The notes under the pieces are model-generated. The model was not told where the DNA came from and made no database searches. It was given only the letters and a program-made list of their open reading frames with translations. From an uncultured Ruminococcus sp. (lineage in GTDB: Bacteria > Bacillota > Clostridia > Oscillospirales > Acutalibacteraceae): DNA of 64,000 nt. Where the stretch lies: assembly GCF_902766885.1 (NCBI RefSeq), contig NZ_CACXFS010000036.1; one strand, written 5' to 3'. Position numbers and translations under genes: made by a program. This document shows positions 47,705-56,688 of this stretch, in pieces. The first letter of the stretch is position 1. The number at the start of each line of letters is the position of its first letter.

Positions 47705-48552
47705 TAAAGATTGTTTGCTATATCGGCAAAGTTTTGCAAAGAAAGCTTTTCTGCTCTCGCATTAAGAGGAACATCTGATTTTTCAAGAATCTCGGCAGTT
47801 TTGGATTTGTCAAGAGAAAGTCCCGAACTGAGTGAATTTGAAATAACCTTTCTTCTTTGTGAAAAAGAGGCTTTGACAACCGAAAAGAACTTTTTTTCAT
47901 CATTCACCATTACAGGCGGCTTGTCTAAAACATTGAGCCTTATTACTGCTGAATCTACTTTTGGTGCGGGCATAAACGAACCTGCGCTGACTGAAAAAAG
48001 CATTTCGGGTTTTGCGTAGTAGTTTACAGAAACGGTTACTGCGCCGCTCTGACGTGAGCCGACCTCTGCACAGATTCGCTGTGCGGCTTCCTTCTGCACC
48101 ATAACTGTGATTGCAGATATCGGGAGTTTATCCTCTAAAAGCTTCATTATTACGGGTGAAGTTATATAATACGGAAGATTTGCGCAGACCACAACCTCCA
48201 TTCCCGAAAATTCATCTTCAATCAGTTTATGAAGATTGGTTTCAAGCACGTCAGCATTGACGACTTTCAGATTGTCATACTCTCCGAGTGTTTCTTCAAG
48301 TACGGGCAAAAGCCGCTTATCAAGCTCAATTGCTACGACCTTATCGGCAAGCTTGCAAAGCTCGTTGGTAAGCACTCCGATTCCCGGACCGATTTCAATT
48401 ACTCCTACTCCCTTGCCTGCTCCCGAAAGCTCAGCCATTCTCGGACAGACTGACGGATTAATCAGAAAATTCTGACCGAGTGATTTTGAAAAGGTAAAGC
48501 CGTGGCGGCTTAAAATATCTTTTATTGTACCGATGTCGGATAATCTGTTCAT
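47704..48552 (-). CDS. rsmA: 16S rRNA (adenine1518/1519-N6)-dimethyltransferase
   Basis: 282 aa with LGQNFLINPSV and SAM motif VIEIGPGIGVLT. Confidence 0.92.
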   Translation of the reverse strand: MNRLSDIGTIKDILSRHGFTFSKSLGQNFLINPSVCPRMAELSGAGKGVGVIEIGPGIGVLTNELCKLADKVVAIELDKRLLPVLEETLGEYDNLKVVNADVLETNLHKLIEDEFSGMEVVVCANLPYYITSPVIMKLLEDKLPISAITVMVQKEAAQRICAEVGSRQSGAVTVSVNYYAKPEMLFSVSAGSFMPAPKVDSAVIRLNVLDKPPVMVNDEKKFFSVVKASFSQRRKVISNSLSSGLSLDKSKTAEILEKSDVPLNARAEKLSLQNFADIANNL

Positions 48553-49871
48553 TTTAAAATTCTCAAGCCTTTCGGGTATTTATTTTTAAGTCTGCCGTTT
48601 GACGCTTTGCCAAAGCCGGTTGTCATTCCATTAACGCAGACCGCTGTAAAGCCTTTTACATTATCAGGAACGGTAATTTCCTCACCGTGTAGAAACGCTT
48701 TGATTTCATTGCAGTTTACGTCAAAATCGACTGCGTTACGGCAGGAATCTTTCTTTGCACAGGTAAATACACTGTGGTGAGGCTCAATTCTGTTTTTAAG
48801 AATTTCTCCGAGAATTACCCCTGCACGAAGTACTGACAAGCCTTTTATATCAAAATTAAATTTCTTTGGCAGAATTATGATTTTATCTTTTACTACTTTT
48901 ATATTTTCACCGAACGGACGGTTGTAAAACAGGCTGTCATAAAAATCAAGGAATTCTTTACCGACCTTGCAAGATGAAATATCCGGAATGTCTACTTTGA
49001 CATTCTCGCCCTTTTTACGCAGTCTTGCGGCAAAGTGGCCCTCTCCTCCGTCCATCGGGAAAATTCTTCTTGCATAATCAAGCGTTGGTCTGCCGAAATT
49101 AACGCCTGCGTCTTCAAGCTCAAAGTCAGGATTTTCAGAAAGAAAGCGAGTTATAACCCCCTCGTTTTCCTCAACGGAAAAAGTACAGGTGGAATACACC
49201 AGCACACCGCCGCTTTTGAGTGCTTTTTTGGCACTGTTAAGAATATTTAGCTGACGTTCAGCACAGCTTTTAACGTGCTCCTCACTCCACTCGGTCTGCG
49301 CCTCCTGATTTTTGCGGAACATTCCCTCGCCGCTGCAAGGTGCGTCAACAAGCACTCTGTCAAACTGATTTGCAAGGCGTTCGCAGAGAATATCGGGGTA
49401 GCAGTTTGAAACAACTGCATTTGAGATTCCCATACGTTCAATATTCGATAAAAGAATATTAGCTCTGTTTCTGACAATTTCATTGCTCCATAAAAGACCG
49501 GAGCCGTTTAATTTTGCTCCTATTTGCGTACTCTTTCCACCCGGAGCGGCACAAAGGTCAAGCACAAAGTCGCCCTCCTCAACACCGAGCATTTCAACTG
49601 CCGAGGTTGCAGACGGCTCCTGAATATAAAATGCACCGCAATGATGCAAAGGACTGTTGCCGAGTGATACAACATCATCGGGAATGTAAAATCCTTCTTT
49701 GCAAAAAGGCGTATTTTCAAGCTCAAAATCGAGCAGGCTTTTAAGCTTATCGGGATAGCATTTGAGTGTATTTACACGAAGTCCTCTGAAATTATCGGCT
49801 TCGTAATATTTTAAAAATTCGCTGTATTCATCACCTAAAAGTGATTTCATTCTAAATAAAAATTTATCCAT
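48549..49871 (-). CDS. rsmF: RsmB/RsmF-family rRNA cytosine-C5 methyltransferase
   Basis: 440 aa with DLCAAPGGKSTQI, DAPCSGEGMFRK and YSTCT, plus a C-terminal PUA-like extension. Confidence 0.82.
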   Translation of the reverse strand: MDKFLFRMKSLLGDEYSEFLKYYEADNFRGLRVNTLKCYPDKLKSLLDFELENTPFCKEGFYIPDDVVSLGNSPLHHCGAFYIQEPSATSAVEMLGVEEGDFVLDLCAAPGGKSTQIGAKLNGSGLLWSNEIVRNRANILLSNIERMGISNAVVSNCYPDILCERLANQFDRVLVDAPCSGEGMFRKNQEAQTEWSEEHVKSCAERQLNILNSAKKALKSGGVLVYSTCTFSVEENEGVITRFLSENPDFELEDAGVNFGRPTLDYARRIFPMDGGEGHFAARLRKKGENVKVDIPDISSCKVGKEFLDFYDSLFYNRPFGENIKVVKDKIIILPKKFNFDIKGLSVLRAGVILGEILKNRIEPHHSVFTCAKKDSCRNAVDFDVNCNEIKAFLHGEEITVPDNVKGFTAVCVNGMTTGFGKASNGRLKNKYPKGLRILK

Positions 49872-49899
49872 TGAATAATTCCTGAATTTAGGTTAATAA
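49871..49899 (+). promoter_or_regulatory. Candidate sigma-A promoter for the Q/N micro-ORF transcript (TTGAAT-17 nt-TAATAA)
   Basis: ttgaat aattcctgaatttaggt taataa. The match is weak and AT-rich, so confidence is low. Confidence 0.35.
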
Positions 49900-49922
49900 T
49901 ATGGTCAAAGGGAGGTGTTAAT

Positions 49923-50051
49923 ATGAATTTTAATCAGAACAACAATCAGAATAACAACCAGAACAACAATCAGAACAAGAACCAGAACAACAACCAGAAT
50001 AAGAATCAGCAGAACAACAATCAGAACAAAAGTCAGCAGAACAACAGATAA
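49923..50051 (+). CDS. Unannotated 42-aa Asn/Gln-repeat micro-protein
   Basis: Below the ORF-track size cut-off. Hand translation gives MNFNQNNNQNNNQNNNQNKNQNNNQNKNQQNNNQNKSQQNNR. AAAGGGAGGTG lies 5 nt before the ATG. The DNA is an imperfect ~12-nt tandem repeat (cagaacaacaat) of about 9 units. Confidence 0.5.
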   Translation: MNFNQNNNQNNNQNNNQNKNQNNNQNKNQQNNNQNKSQQNNR

Positions 50052-50233
50052 TACTAATTTTCCATAGAAATACGGAATAGATTTTCGAGCAGATTTTGTG
50101 CTGTTCGAATAATGAACCACATGAAGGCTGACGCCTTCCGAGGATTCAGTATGAAGAACAGTGCAAAATATGCCGGGAAGATTTTCGTATTATCTGTGGA
50201 ATGTTAGTATAGATACATTCTGCACAATAGCGG

Positions 50234-50280
50234 CAAGCCGTGGGCGCAATGGAGCGTTCACGGCTTGTTTACTTTTTCTT
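50234..50280 (+). terminator. Plus-strand rho-independent terminator ending the micro-ORF transcript
   Basis: caagccgtg-ggcgcaatggagcgtt-cacggcttg followed by tttactttttctt. The U-tract occurs only on the plus strand. Confidence 0.6.
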
Positions 50281-50282
50281 AA

Positions 50283-50945
50283 TTAGTAACCGTATTCTTC
50301 GCCGATGATGATTACTTTGATTCTGTTTACGTGGCGCTGTTGTGCGCATACTACATAGTTACAGCAGATTCTTGCGTCGCTGTGACAGCCCTCGCAAAGT
50401 TCAGCATTTTCTTTTCCGAGTGAAACGCAACTTCCCTCTTTTGCGCAGTATGTATCGCAGTTAAGACGGATTGTGTTCTGCGGAGCGGCTACAGTCTTTA
50501 CACGCTTGATTGCTTCGTCAATATTCTTTACAAGTTTATTGATTCCGCATACAACAACTACGCTTTTCGGTCCGTAAAGAATTGCAGCTACACGGTTTGA
50601 GTTGCCGTCAACGTTGTAAAGCTCACCGTTTTCGGTTACGGCATTTGTGCTTGTGAAAAATGCGTCGGCAGTAAAGGTTTTGCGGTAAACCTCCTCAACC
50701 TGTTCACGAGTTATTCCAGGAGCAGACCTATCAAGATAATTATAGTCGGAGGAAGTTATTATGTCATAAACTCCTGTTTCCTTTAAGGTAACCGAGCCGC
50801 CGCTTGAAATTACGTCGCCTTTATTAATCAGCGTTTTTACAAGCTCGCAGGCTTCTTCTTTAGTATTGCAGAAATAAGGCTCCATTTTGTTGCGCTTTAA
50901 ATTCTGCATTGTTTTATCTATTCTTGCTTTGAGTTCGTCTGTCAT
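50283..50945 (-). CDS. LUD (lactate-utilisation, DUF162) domain protein with a C-terminal Cys-rich segment
   Basis: 220 aa with NTKEEACELVKTLINKGDVISSGGSVTLKETG, typical of stand-alone LUD proteins. The Cys cluster is CDTYC..C..CEGC..CC. Confidence 0.65.
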   Translation of the reverse strand: MTDELKARIDKTMQNLKRNKMEPYFCNTKEEACELVKTLINKGDVISSGGSVTLKETGVYDIITSSDYNYLDRSAPGITREQVEEVYRKTFTADAFFTSTNAVTENGELYNVDGNSNRVAAILYGPKSVVVVCGINKLVKNIDEAIKRVKTVAAPQNTIRLNCDTYCAKEGSCVSLGKENAELCEGCHSDARICCNYVVCAQQRHVNRIKVIIIGEEYGY

Positions 50946-51020
50946 TTTATTATCCCCTTTGTTTGTAAAATTACTACATTTAGTATTATACTATATCATT
51001 TTGATTTTTGCAACGAAAAG

Positions 51021-51040
51021 TCGAGTGCCTCGATACGCAA
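51021..51040 (+). repeat. Truncated, inverted third copy of the tRNA-Leu terminator-like element
   Basis: tcgagtgcctcgatacgcaa is the exact reverse complement of 6420-6439. Confidence 0.6.
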
Positions 51041-51107
51041 TTCGGCAGACTGATTTATACTTACAAAACTTATTTTTCCCGACAGTTCAGTTGCAGTTTT
51101 TCATAAT

Positions 51108-51149
51108 GCAAAAAGGTACAGAACTTCAATTTACTGTTCTGCACCTTTT
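51108..51149 (-). terminator. Terminator of the amidase gene
   Basis: The minus strand reads ggtgcagaac-agtaaattgaa-gttctgtacc followed by tttttg. Confidence 0.6.
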
Positions 51150-51157
51150 GAAATTAT

Positions 51158-51700
51158 TTATGGTTCTACAAACGGGACACCGAAATACTGTGCCACCGAC
51201 TGAGAAAGATTGCGTGCAATGTTGTTGATGTTGTCACGAATCCACTGTGCTTCCTCGGGATTGTCGTGGTAAGCAACTTCAATTAACGCTGTCGGAGTTT
51301 TTGTGCGCCGCACTTCTGCAAGCGTAGTAGTGGGAATTATGTCAACGTCTGAGGGGTCGGGATAAACTTTTTTATAATTATCCTGAAGAATCTCCGCAAA
51401 GCGTTTGCCGGCTGTGCTTGTAGGGTAATAATAAATGTCTGCACCTGTGTATCTTCCTGCCGCACTCGGCGGTGCGGCGTTGCTGTGAATTGCGAGATGC
51501 AAATCGGGATTGGCTTGGTTTGAATCTGCTATCGCCTGCGAAAGAGTCATATCAGGGCGGTTGCGGTCTACTTCTATTCCGCTTGCCTCAAGATACGGCT
51601 GCATTGCGTCAGCTATAAGATTCATATAATATTCTTCGTTACCCCCGTCAACGTATGGATTATACTCCTGAAGCGAGGGACTGAGATATACTTTAGGCAT
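51158..51700 (-). CDS. N-acetylmuramoyl-L-alanine amidase (Amidase_3 family), no signal peptide
   Basis: 180 aa with LHLAIHSNA, ALIEVAYHDN and the overall MurNAc-LAA pattern. Confidence 0.72.
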   Translation of the reverse strand: MPKVYLSPSLQEYNPYVDGGNEEYYMNLIADAMQPYLEASGIEVDRNRPDMTLSQAIADSNQANPDLHLAIHSNAAPPSAAGRYTGADIYYYPTSTAGKRFAEILQDNYKKVYPDPSDVDIIPTTTLAEVRRTKTPTALIEVAYHDNPEEAQWIRDNINNIARNLSQSVAQYFGVPFVEP

Positions 51701-51833
51701 AAAATTTCCTCTTTTCGCAATAATCTAATCTTCATAATCCATAATATTCTGAAAATTGATTTTTGCGACAGTAGAAGATTATTACCGTTAATTAATATGC
51801 AATTCGGATTTTGCAGTAATATTGTCGAAATGA

Positions 51834-52751
51834 TTATTTGTTTTTCTTATGTGATTTTCTTGTTTTCAATTTACTAATCAAAGAATGTAAACTGAAATTC
51901 TTTATCTGCTCATGGTAAACATAATTTATCTCAGCACAAATCATAAGGCAGACCATGCAAAAATACAGCCAAATCATAATACCGGCAAGTGTTGCAAGTC
52001 CCCCGTAAACAGAGAAACCGTTGAAGTTATCAACATAAATTGAAATTCCGAAAGAAAGCGCATACCAAGACAATGTGCAGAGAAATGCACCGGGCAGTTG
52101 ATACTTGATTCCGTACTCCTTGTGCTGTTTACGGCTTATATTCGGGAAATTGCGATACACAAGTGCAAACAGGACAACAAGAAACAGAAAAATCAATACA
52201 TAACGAAGATGATAGATGAGTGCTACAAAATCCGGAAGATATTTTAAATATGGTGACAGCCATCCGTTGATTGACGTGCCGAGACCGATTATCAGAAGTG
52301 AAACAAGAATTATTGCAAAAAATGCAATTGTGTAGAACATAGCACGTATTCTTAAGAAAAACCAGTTTCTGTTTTCGTAAGCATCGTAAATTCTGTTTAG
52401 TCCGTTTGTTATTGCGTGGATTCCCTGAGCCGCTGACCAGAGTGTAATAATCAGCGTAATAAGTGAAATTCCCACTGCATTTTTGTAGGCGTTTGTGAGA
52501 AATTCGGATAGTTCACCTACAATCTGTTCTGAAAAGATGCCGCTAAATATATTTTCAATAAATTCAACGGGAATGTGCAGGTTTTGCAATATTGAAACAA
52601 TGAACATTGAAAGCGGCACTGCTGACAAAATCAAAAAGAATGCAGACTGACCTGCAATTGCAAAAATATTATCGTGCAGACATTTACTTGTTATCGGGTC
52701 GAATCTGTCGATAAAATTTCTTACAGATTCAATATGCTTTTTTATCTTCAT
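51834..52751 (-). CDS. YihY/BrkB family membrane protein
   Basis: The start is set at MKIKKHIES (AAAGGAGG upstream). Pattern AGQSAFFLILSAVPL with 6 TM helices. Confidence 0.75.
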   Translation of the reverse strand: MKIKKHIESVRNFIDRFDPITSKCLHDNIFAIAGQSAFFLILSAVPLSMFIVSILQNLHIPVEFIENIFSGIFSEQIVGELSEFLTNAYKNAVGISLITLIITLWSAAQGIHAITNGLNRIYDAYENRNWFFLRIRAMFYTIAFFAIILVSLLIIGLGTSINGWLSPYLKYLPDFVALIYHLRYVLIFLFLVVLFALVYRNFPNISRKQHKEYGIKYQLPGAFLCTLSWYALSFGISIYVDNFNGFSVYGGLATLAGIMIWLYFCMVCLMICAEINYVYHEQIKNFSLHSLISKLKTRKSHKKNK

Positions 52752-52784
52752 CAGAGTACCTCCTTTCATTGTGTATTTACAAAA

Positions 52785-53543
52785 TTATTTTCCGTTCTTC
52801 TTTTGCTGAACGTGGTAGGAAATGCGTGTAAGTGCTTTTTCGCTGACAAAATGCTGTAAAAACTTTGTGGCTTTCATTTCAAATCCGGGTGTGATTATCA
52901 TTTTGCCCTTTATAGTTTTGTCAACGGCATACTTTGCAACATATTCGGGAGTAAGTCCTCTTATGCAGAATTTAACGTTTGCAACGTCGTTGAAGTTAGT
53001 CTGAACAGGACCGGGACAGAGTACGGAAACTTTTACGTTTATGTTATCTCTGCGGAGCTCCTCGTGGATTGCCTGAGTAAGACGGACAACGTAGTTTTTT
53101 GACGCATAGTAGCTTGAAAAAGTAGGACCTGCAAGAAACCCTGCCGCTGAGCCGACGTTGAGAATATATCCGCTGTTGCGCTTTACCATATCCTGCAAAA
53201 ACAGCTTGGTAAGCACGTGAACGGCTACGATATTGGTATGAATCAAACCGATTTCTTTTTCAAGTGGAACTTCGGTGAATTTACCGTATGCACCGAAACC
53301 GGCATTATTTACAAGGAAATCAATCTGTTCATCTTTGAGATGCTCGTACAAATCAAAGCTGTCCTGTTCCCTGCACAAATCGAGAGTGATTACTCTGACG
53401 TTTACGTTTTTGAGTTCATCACGCAGCTTGTAAAGCTTTTCTGTATTTCTTGCAACAACAATCAGGTCATAGCCCATTGAGGCAAGATATTTTGCAATTT
53501 CTCTGCCTATTCCCGAGCTTGCACCCGTTATAAGAGCTTTCAT
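52785..53543 (-). CDS. SDR family oxidoreductase
   Basis: TGASSGIGREIA and the catalytic YYASK motif are present. The start is taken at MKALITG. Confidence 0.85.
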   Translation of the reverse strand: MKALITGASSGIGREIAKYLASMGYDLIVVARNTEKLYKLRDELKNVNVRVITLDLCREQDSFDLYEHLKDEQIDFLVNNAGFGAYGKFTEVPLEKEIGLIHTNIVAVHVLTKLFLQDMVKRNSGYILNVGSAAGFLAGPTFSSYYASKNYVVRLTQAIHEELRRDNINVKVSVLCPGPVQTNFNDVANVKFCIRGLTPEYVAKYAVDKTIKGKMIITPGFEMKATKFLQHFVSEKALTRISYHVQQKKNGK

Positions 53544-53545
53544 AT

Positions 53546-54175
53546 TTACTCCTTTTCGGCTGTTACGCACAGCCAGCCTGTACTGCTTTTTGAATAAGTC
53601 CTGATATTCTGATAGCCTGCGTGTAAAAGAATATCGGCTATGCCGTCTTTTGAAACGGCTTCGATTCCCAATGACTTTTCAACCTTATCCCATTTATGCG
53701 GCTCTTCCTCGCTTTTTACCATTTCAAAAACAAGCAAAAGCTTTCCGCCTGACTTTAACACACGATAGACTTCTTTCAGGTCATTGAGCTTGTCCGGCCA
53801 AAAATAGTAGGTTTCAACTGCGGTTATCACATCAAACTTATTATCTTCAAAAGGCAGTGACGATACGGAAGATTGTAATATTGAAGCCTTGCCGCACATA
53901 ATATTATTTTTGTTGAGCTTTTTTGATTTTTCAACGCAGAGCTCGGAATAGTCAATTCCGAAAACCTTACCGTTTCCTATTCTCTTGCAGAGCTTTGAAA
54001 CGGTTTTTCCTCCTCCGCAACCTATGTCGAGAGCATTATAATTACGTTTTATTTCAAGGTGAACAAGTGCCCAGTCGGTTAATTCCGAATGACCTTTGTT
54101 CATTGATTTTATCATCATTTTGCCCCAAAAACCTTGCGGGCGTCCTGCATTTTCAACAAGCTTGTGATATTTCAT
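53546..54175 (-). CDS. Class I SAM-dependent methyltransferase
   Basis: ALDIGCGGGKT motif. The start is set at MKYHKLV (AGGAG 7 nt upstream). Confidence 0.8.
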   Translation of the reverse strand: MKYHKLVENAGRPQGFWGKMMIKSMNKGHSELTDWALVHLEIKRNYNALDIGCGGGKTVSKLCKRIGNGKVFGIDYSELCVEKSKKLNKNNIMCGKASILQSSVSSLPFEDNKFDVITAVETYYFWPDKLNDLKEVYRVLKSGGKLLLVFEMVKSEEEPHKWDKVEKSLGIEAVSKDGIADILLHAGYQNIRTYSKSSTGWLCVTAEKE

Positions 54176-54204
54176 ATTCTCGCTCCTGTTCATTCACTCA
54201 TTGT

Positions 54205-55089
54205 TTATTTATGTTTTTTCTTGTTTTTATTTTCTTTTTTCTTATTTTGTCCTTTCACAGTTTCTTCCGAATCTTTTTCAGGAATAAATATCAACACTAA
54301 AATTATAAAAAGAACACCAATCCACAACAACATAACTGAGCTTACATCGTCGTACGACATATAATACGACAAATCGGAAAGCTCTCCGTTTTGCACGAGC
54401 ACGGGAAATACGTCGGATTCGTCACCTGTTGATGTTGAGTAGACATTAATTTCATTACCGCCAATCCATGCAAGAAAAGACAGATTTGTGCCCGACTTCA
54501 TAAAACGTATATCATAACGCTTTATTCCGTAGTTTTCTTCATCTGCATCAGGGTCCTTTGGCAGACCTTCGGGATAATAGTAATTTATATCAACAGCAAC
54601 CTTGGATTTTGCATTTTCTTTTATCTGACTGTCGCTTGTCAGTGTGTCGGGATTATCTACACTGCATCCCGTAAAATCCACGGGAATATCATCGTATAAG
54701 TAGGTTTCATCTGACATTTTGGTGCGTATATCATTGTTCTTCTCCCATCTGTATGTGGTCTGAGCACCGAGAACGTCCTCATAATGTACGCTTGATTCTA
54801 AAGTTTCTCCCGAATACTGAATGTAAAAGTATTCATCATTCAGAATATCAAATTCATCTTCTACTACACTGCCCTTGACAGGTGCTTTTAATACAGCGTA
54901 AAGCTTTTTTGAGCCGCTGAGTGCTTCCTGCAACTGCGACTTATTTGCGATTTGCGGAAGATTTTCAGCCGTTTCATCGGTTTCTCCCATCTTTGCACAG
55001 GAAATAAACGAAAAAATAACCACTCCGATTAGCAACACGATGATAATGTATTTTCTTACTTCCCAAAAGGTTATTTTTTTATTGCTCAT
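54205..55089 (-). CDS. Hypothetical bitopic protein (N- and C-terminal TM helices flanking a ~220-aa domain, Lys-rich tail)
   Basis: 294-aa ORF. No motif was recognised. The tail is GQNKKKENKNKKKHK. Confidence 0.5.
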   Translation of the reverse strand: MSNKKITFWEVRKYIIIVLLIGVVIFSFISCAKMGETDETAENLPQIANKSQLQEALSGSKKLYAVLKAPVKGSVVEDEFDILNDEYFYIQYSGETLESSVHYEDVLGAQTTYRWEKNNDIRTKMSDETYLYDDIPVDFTGCSVDNPDTLTSDSQIKENAKSKVAVDINYYYPEGLPKDPDADEENYGIKRYDIRFMKSGTNLSFLAWIGGNEINVYSTSTGDESDVFPVLVQNGELSDLSYYMSYDDVSSVMLLWIGVLFIILVLIFIPEKDSEETVKGQNKKKENKNKKKHK

Positions 55090-55114
55090 AACACTCCCCC
55101 CATTTTACAGTGTT

Positions 55115-56491
55115 TTATTGCTCCTTATCCTTTTTAGTAATCAGGCATACGCTTTCCACATGGGCGGTGCGGCTGAACATATCGCAGGGTGTTATTTCTT
55201 TTACGGAATAATTGCCCTCGGTAAAGGATTTTAAATCCCTTGCAAGTGTTGCAGGATCGCACGAAACGTAAACTACTCTGCCGGGCGACATTTCAAAAAT
55301 CGTCTTGACAAGTTCCTCTCCGCAACCCTTTCTCGGCGGGTCAAGGATAATTACGTCAGGCTTTAAACCCTCGTTATTTAGTTTTTCAGCGGCTTTCGGT
55401 GCGTCTGCGCAGATAAAACGTGCGTTATTAATACCGTTCATCTTTGCGTTTTCTTCGGCGTCATTTATTGCGTCCTGCACAATCTCTACGCCGACAAGCA
55501 TTTTGCACTCGTTTGCCATTGTAAGTCCTATTGTACCCGTTCCGCAGTATAAATCAAGGAGAATTTCGTCGGATTTGAGATTTGCATACTCCTTAGCCTT
55601 ATTATAGAGCTTTTCAGCCTGTTTCCTGTTGACCTGCCAGAATGAAAAAGGCGATATTTTGAATTTAAGCCCGCACAATTCATCGGTAATATAATCTTTT
55701 CCGTATGCAGTTCTGTTCTTTGAGCCGAGAATTACGTTGGTATCCTCACGGTTTGAGTTGATTATTACGCTTGTAAGATTAGAAAAACTTTCACGGAGCA
55801 TTTTTACAAGCAAATCTTCCTGCTTTAAGCCGTTTCCGTTAACAACATAGCAGACCATAAGTTCGTTTGTCACCTCTCCTATTCTGATGTAGAGGTGACG
55901 AAGTCTGCCCTTGCCTGTTTTCTCGTCGTAAATATCGTTATTTGTCTGAGCAATAAATTTTCGTGTGACTGCAATTACCTTTGAAAAAATCTCAGGTTGT
56001 AAAACGCAGTCGGTACAATTGACTATCCTGTGGCTGTGAAAGGCATAAAATCCGATTAGAACCTCGCCGTTTTTATCAAGTCCTATCGGGAGCTGTGCCT
56101 TGTTGCGGTAACGCAGTGTATCGTCACAAGCGATAATAGGAGCAAAATCTGCGTTCTTGATTCCGCCGATTCGGGTTACCGCGTCAACTACCTTCTGCTC
56201 TTTGATTTTACATTCTTCCTCATAGCTTATGTGTCGCCACACGCAGCCGCCGCACTTTGAAAAATTCCCGCAATCAGGTTCTATGCGTGACATAGATGGC
56301 GTTATAATTTTCTCGATTTTTCCGAATGCGTAGGTCTTTTTTGTCTTTAAAATACGCACCTCAAGCTCGTCACCTATTGCGGAAAGCGGAACAAAAACCG
56401 GTATTCCGTCCTGCGTTCTGCCTACTCCGCTGCCCTCTGCCGAGGCAGAGGTTATTGTAAGATTTATAATATCATTTTTCTTTAAAAGCAT
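55115..56491 (-). CDS. rlmD: 23S rRNA (uracil-C5)-methyltransferase RlmD/RumA family
   Basis: TRAM domain, Fe-S cysteines (CGNFSKCGGC), LDLYCGTGTIGL and DPPRKG. The start is set at MLLKKNDI (GGTGG 8 nt upstream). Confidence 0.88.
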   Translation of the reverse strand: MLLKKNDIINLTITSASAEGSGVGRTQDGIPVFVPLSAIGDELEVRILKTKKTYAFGKIEKIITPSMSRIEPDCGNFSKCGGCVWRHISYEEECKIKEQKVVDAVTRIGGIKNADFAPIIACDDTLRYRNKAQLPIGLDKNGEVLIGFYAFHSHRIVNCTDCVLQPEIFSKVIAVTRKFIAQTNNDIYDEKTGKGRLRHLYIRIGEVTNELMVCYVVNGNGLKQEDLLVKMLRESFSNLTSVIINSNREDTNVILGSKNRTAYGKDYITDELCGLKFKISPFSFWQVNRKQAEKLYNKAKEYANLKSDEILLDLYCGTGTIGLTMANECKMLVGVEIVQDAINDAEENAKMNGINNARFICADAPKAAEKLNNEGLKPDVIILDPPRKGCGEELVKTIFEMSPGRVVYVSCDPATLARDLKSFTEGNYSVKEITPCDMFSRTAHVESVCLITKKDKEQ

Positions 56492-56688
56492 AATAATTAC
56501 CACCGTAAAGTTATGTTTATATTCTATCATTATTGTTTTAATTTGGCAACAGGCTTAAAATTGAATTTTTTCCGTAAAATATACTATTATTTCTTATAAA
56601 TTTTATTTTAGGTATTTATTTTTTTGCTTTTTAGCCTTATAATAATAAAGATACATATTATTCTGATTAAAAAGGACGGTCTGTTGTT

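Noticed and set aside
49930-50045. Possible CRISPR or other spaced-repeat array
   Set aside because: The ~12-nt units are contiguous with no spacers, far shorter than CRISPR repeats, and in frame with an ORF. No cas genes occur anywhere in the window.
49905-50120. 71-aa minus-strand ORF with a VVLLILILVVVLVLVL hydrophobic repeat
   Set aside because: It is the reverse-complement reading of the Asn/Gln codon repeat. It has no SD and a non-ATG context, whereas the plus-strand 42-aa ORF has a near-perfect SD and correct spacing.
50112-50207. 31-aa ORF (MNHMKADAFRGFSMKNSAKYAGKIFVLSVEC) in the 3' region of the micro-ORF transcript
   Set aside because: There is no SD-like sequence upstream, and the region is better explained by RNA hairpins. 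It is kept only as a possibility within the transcript finding.
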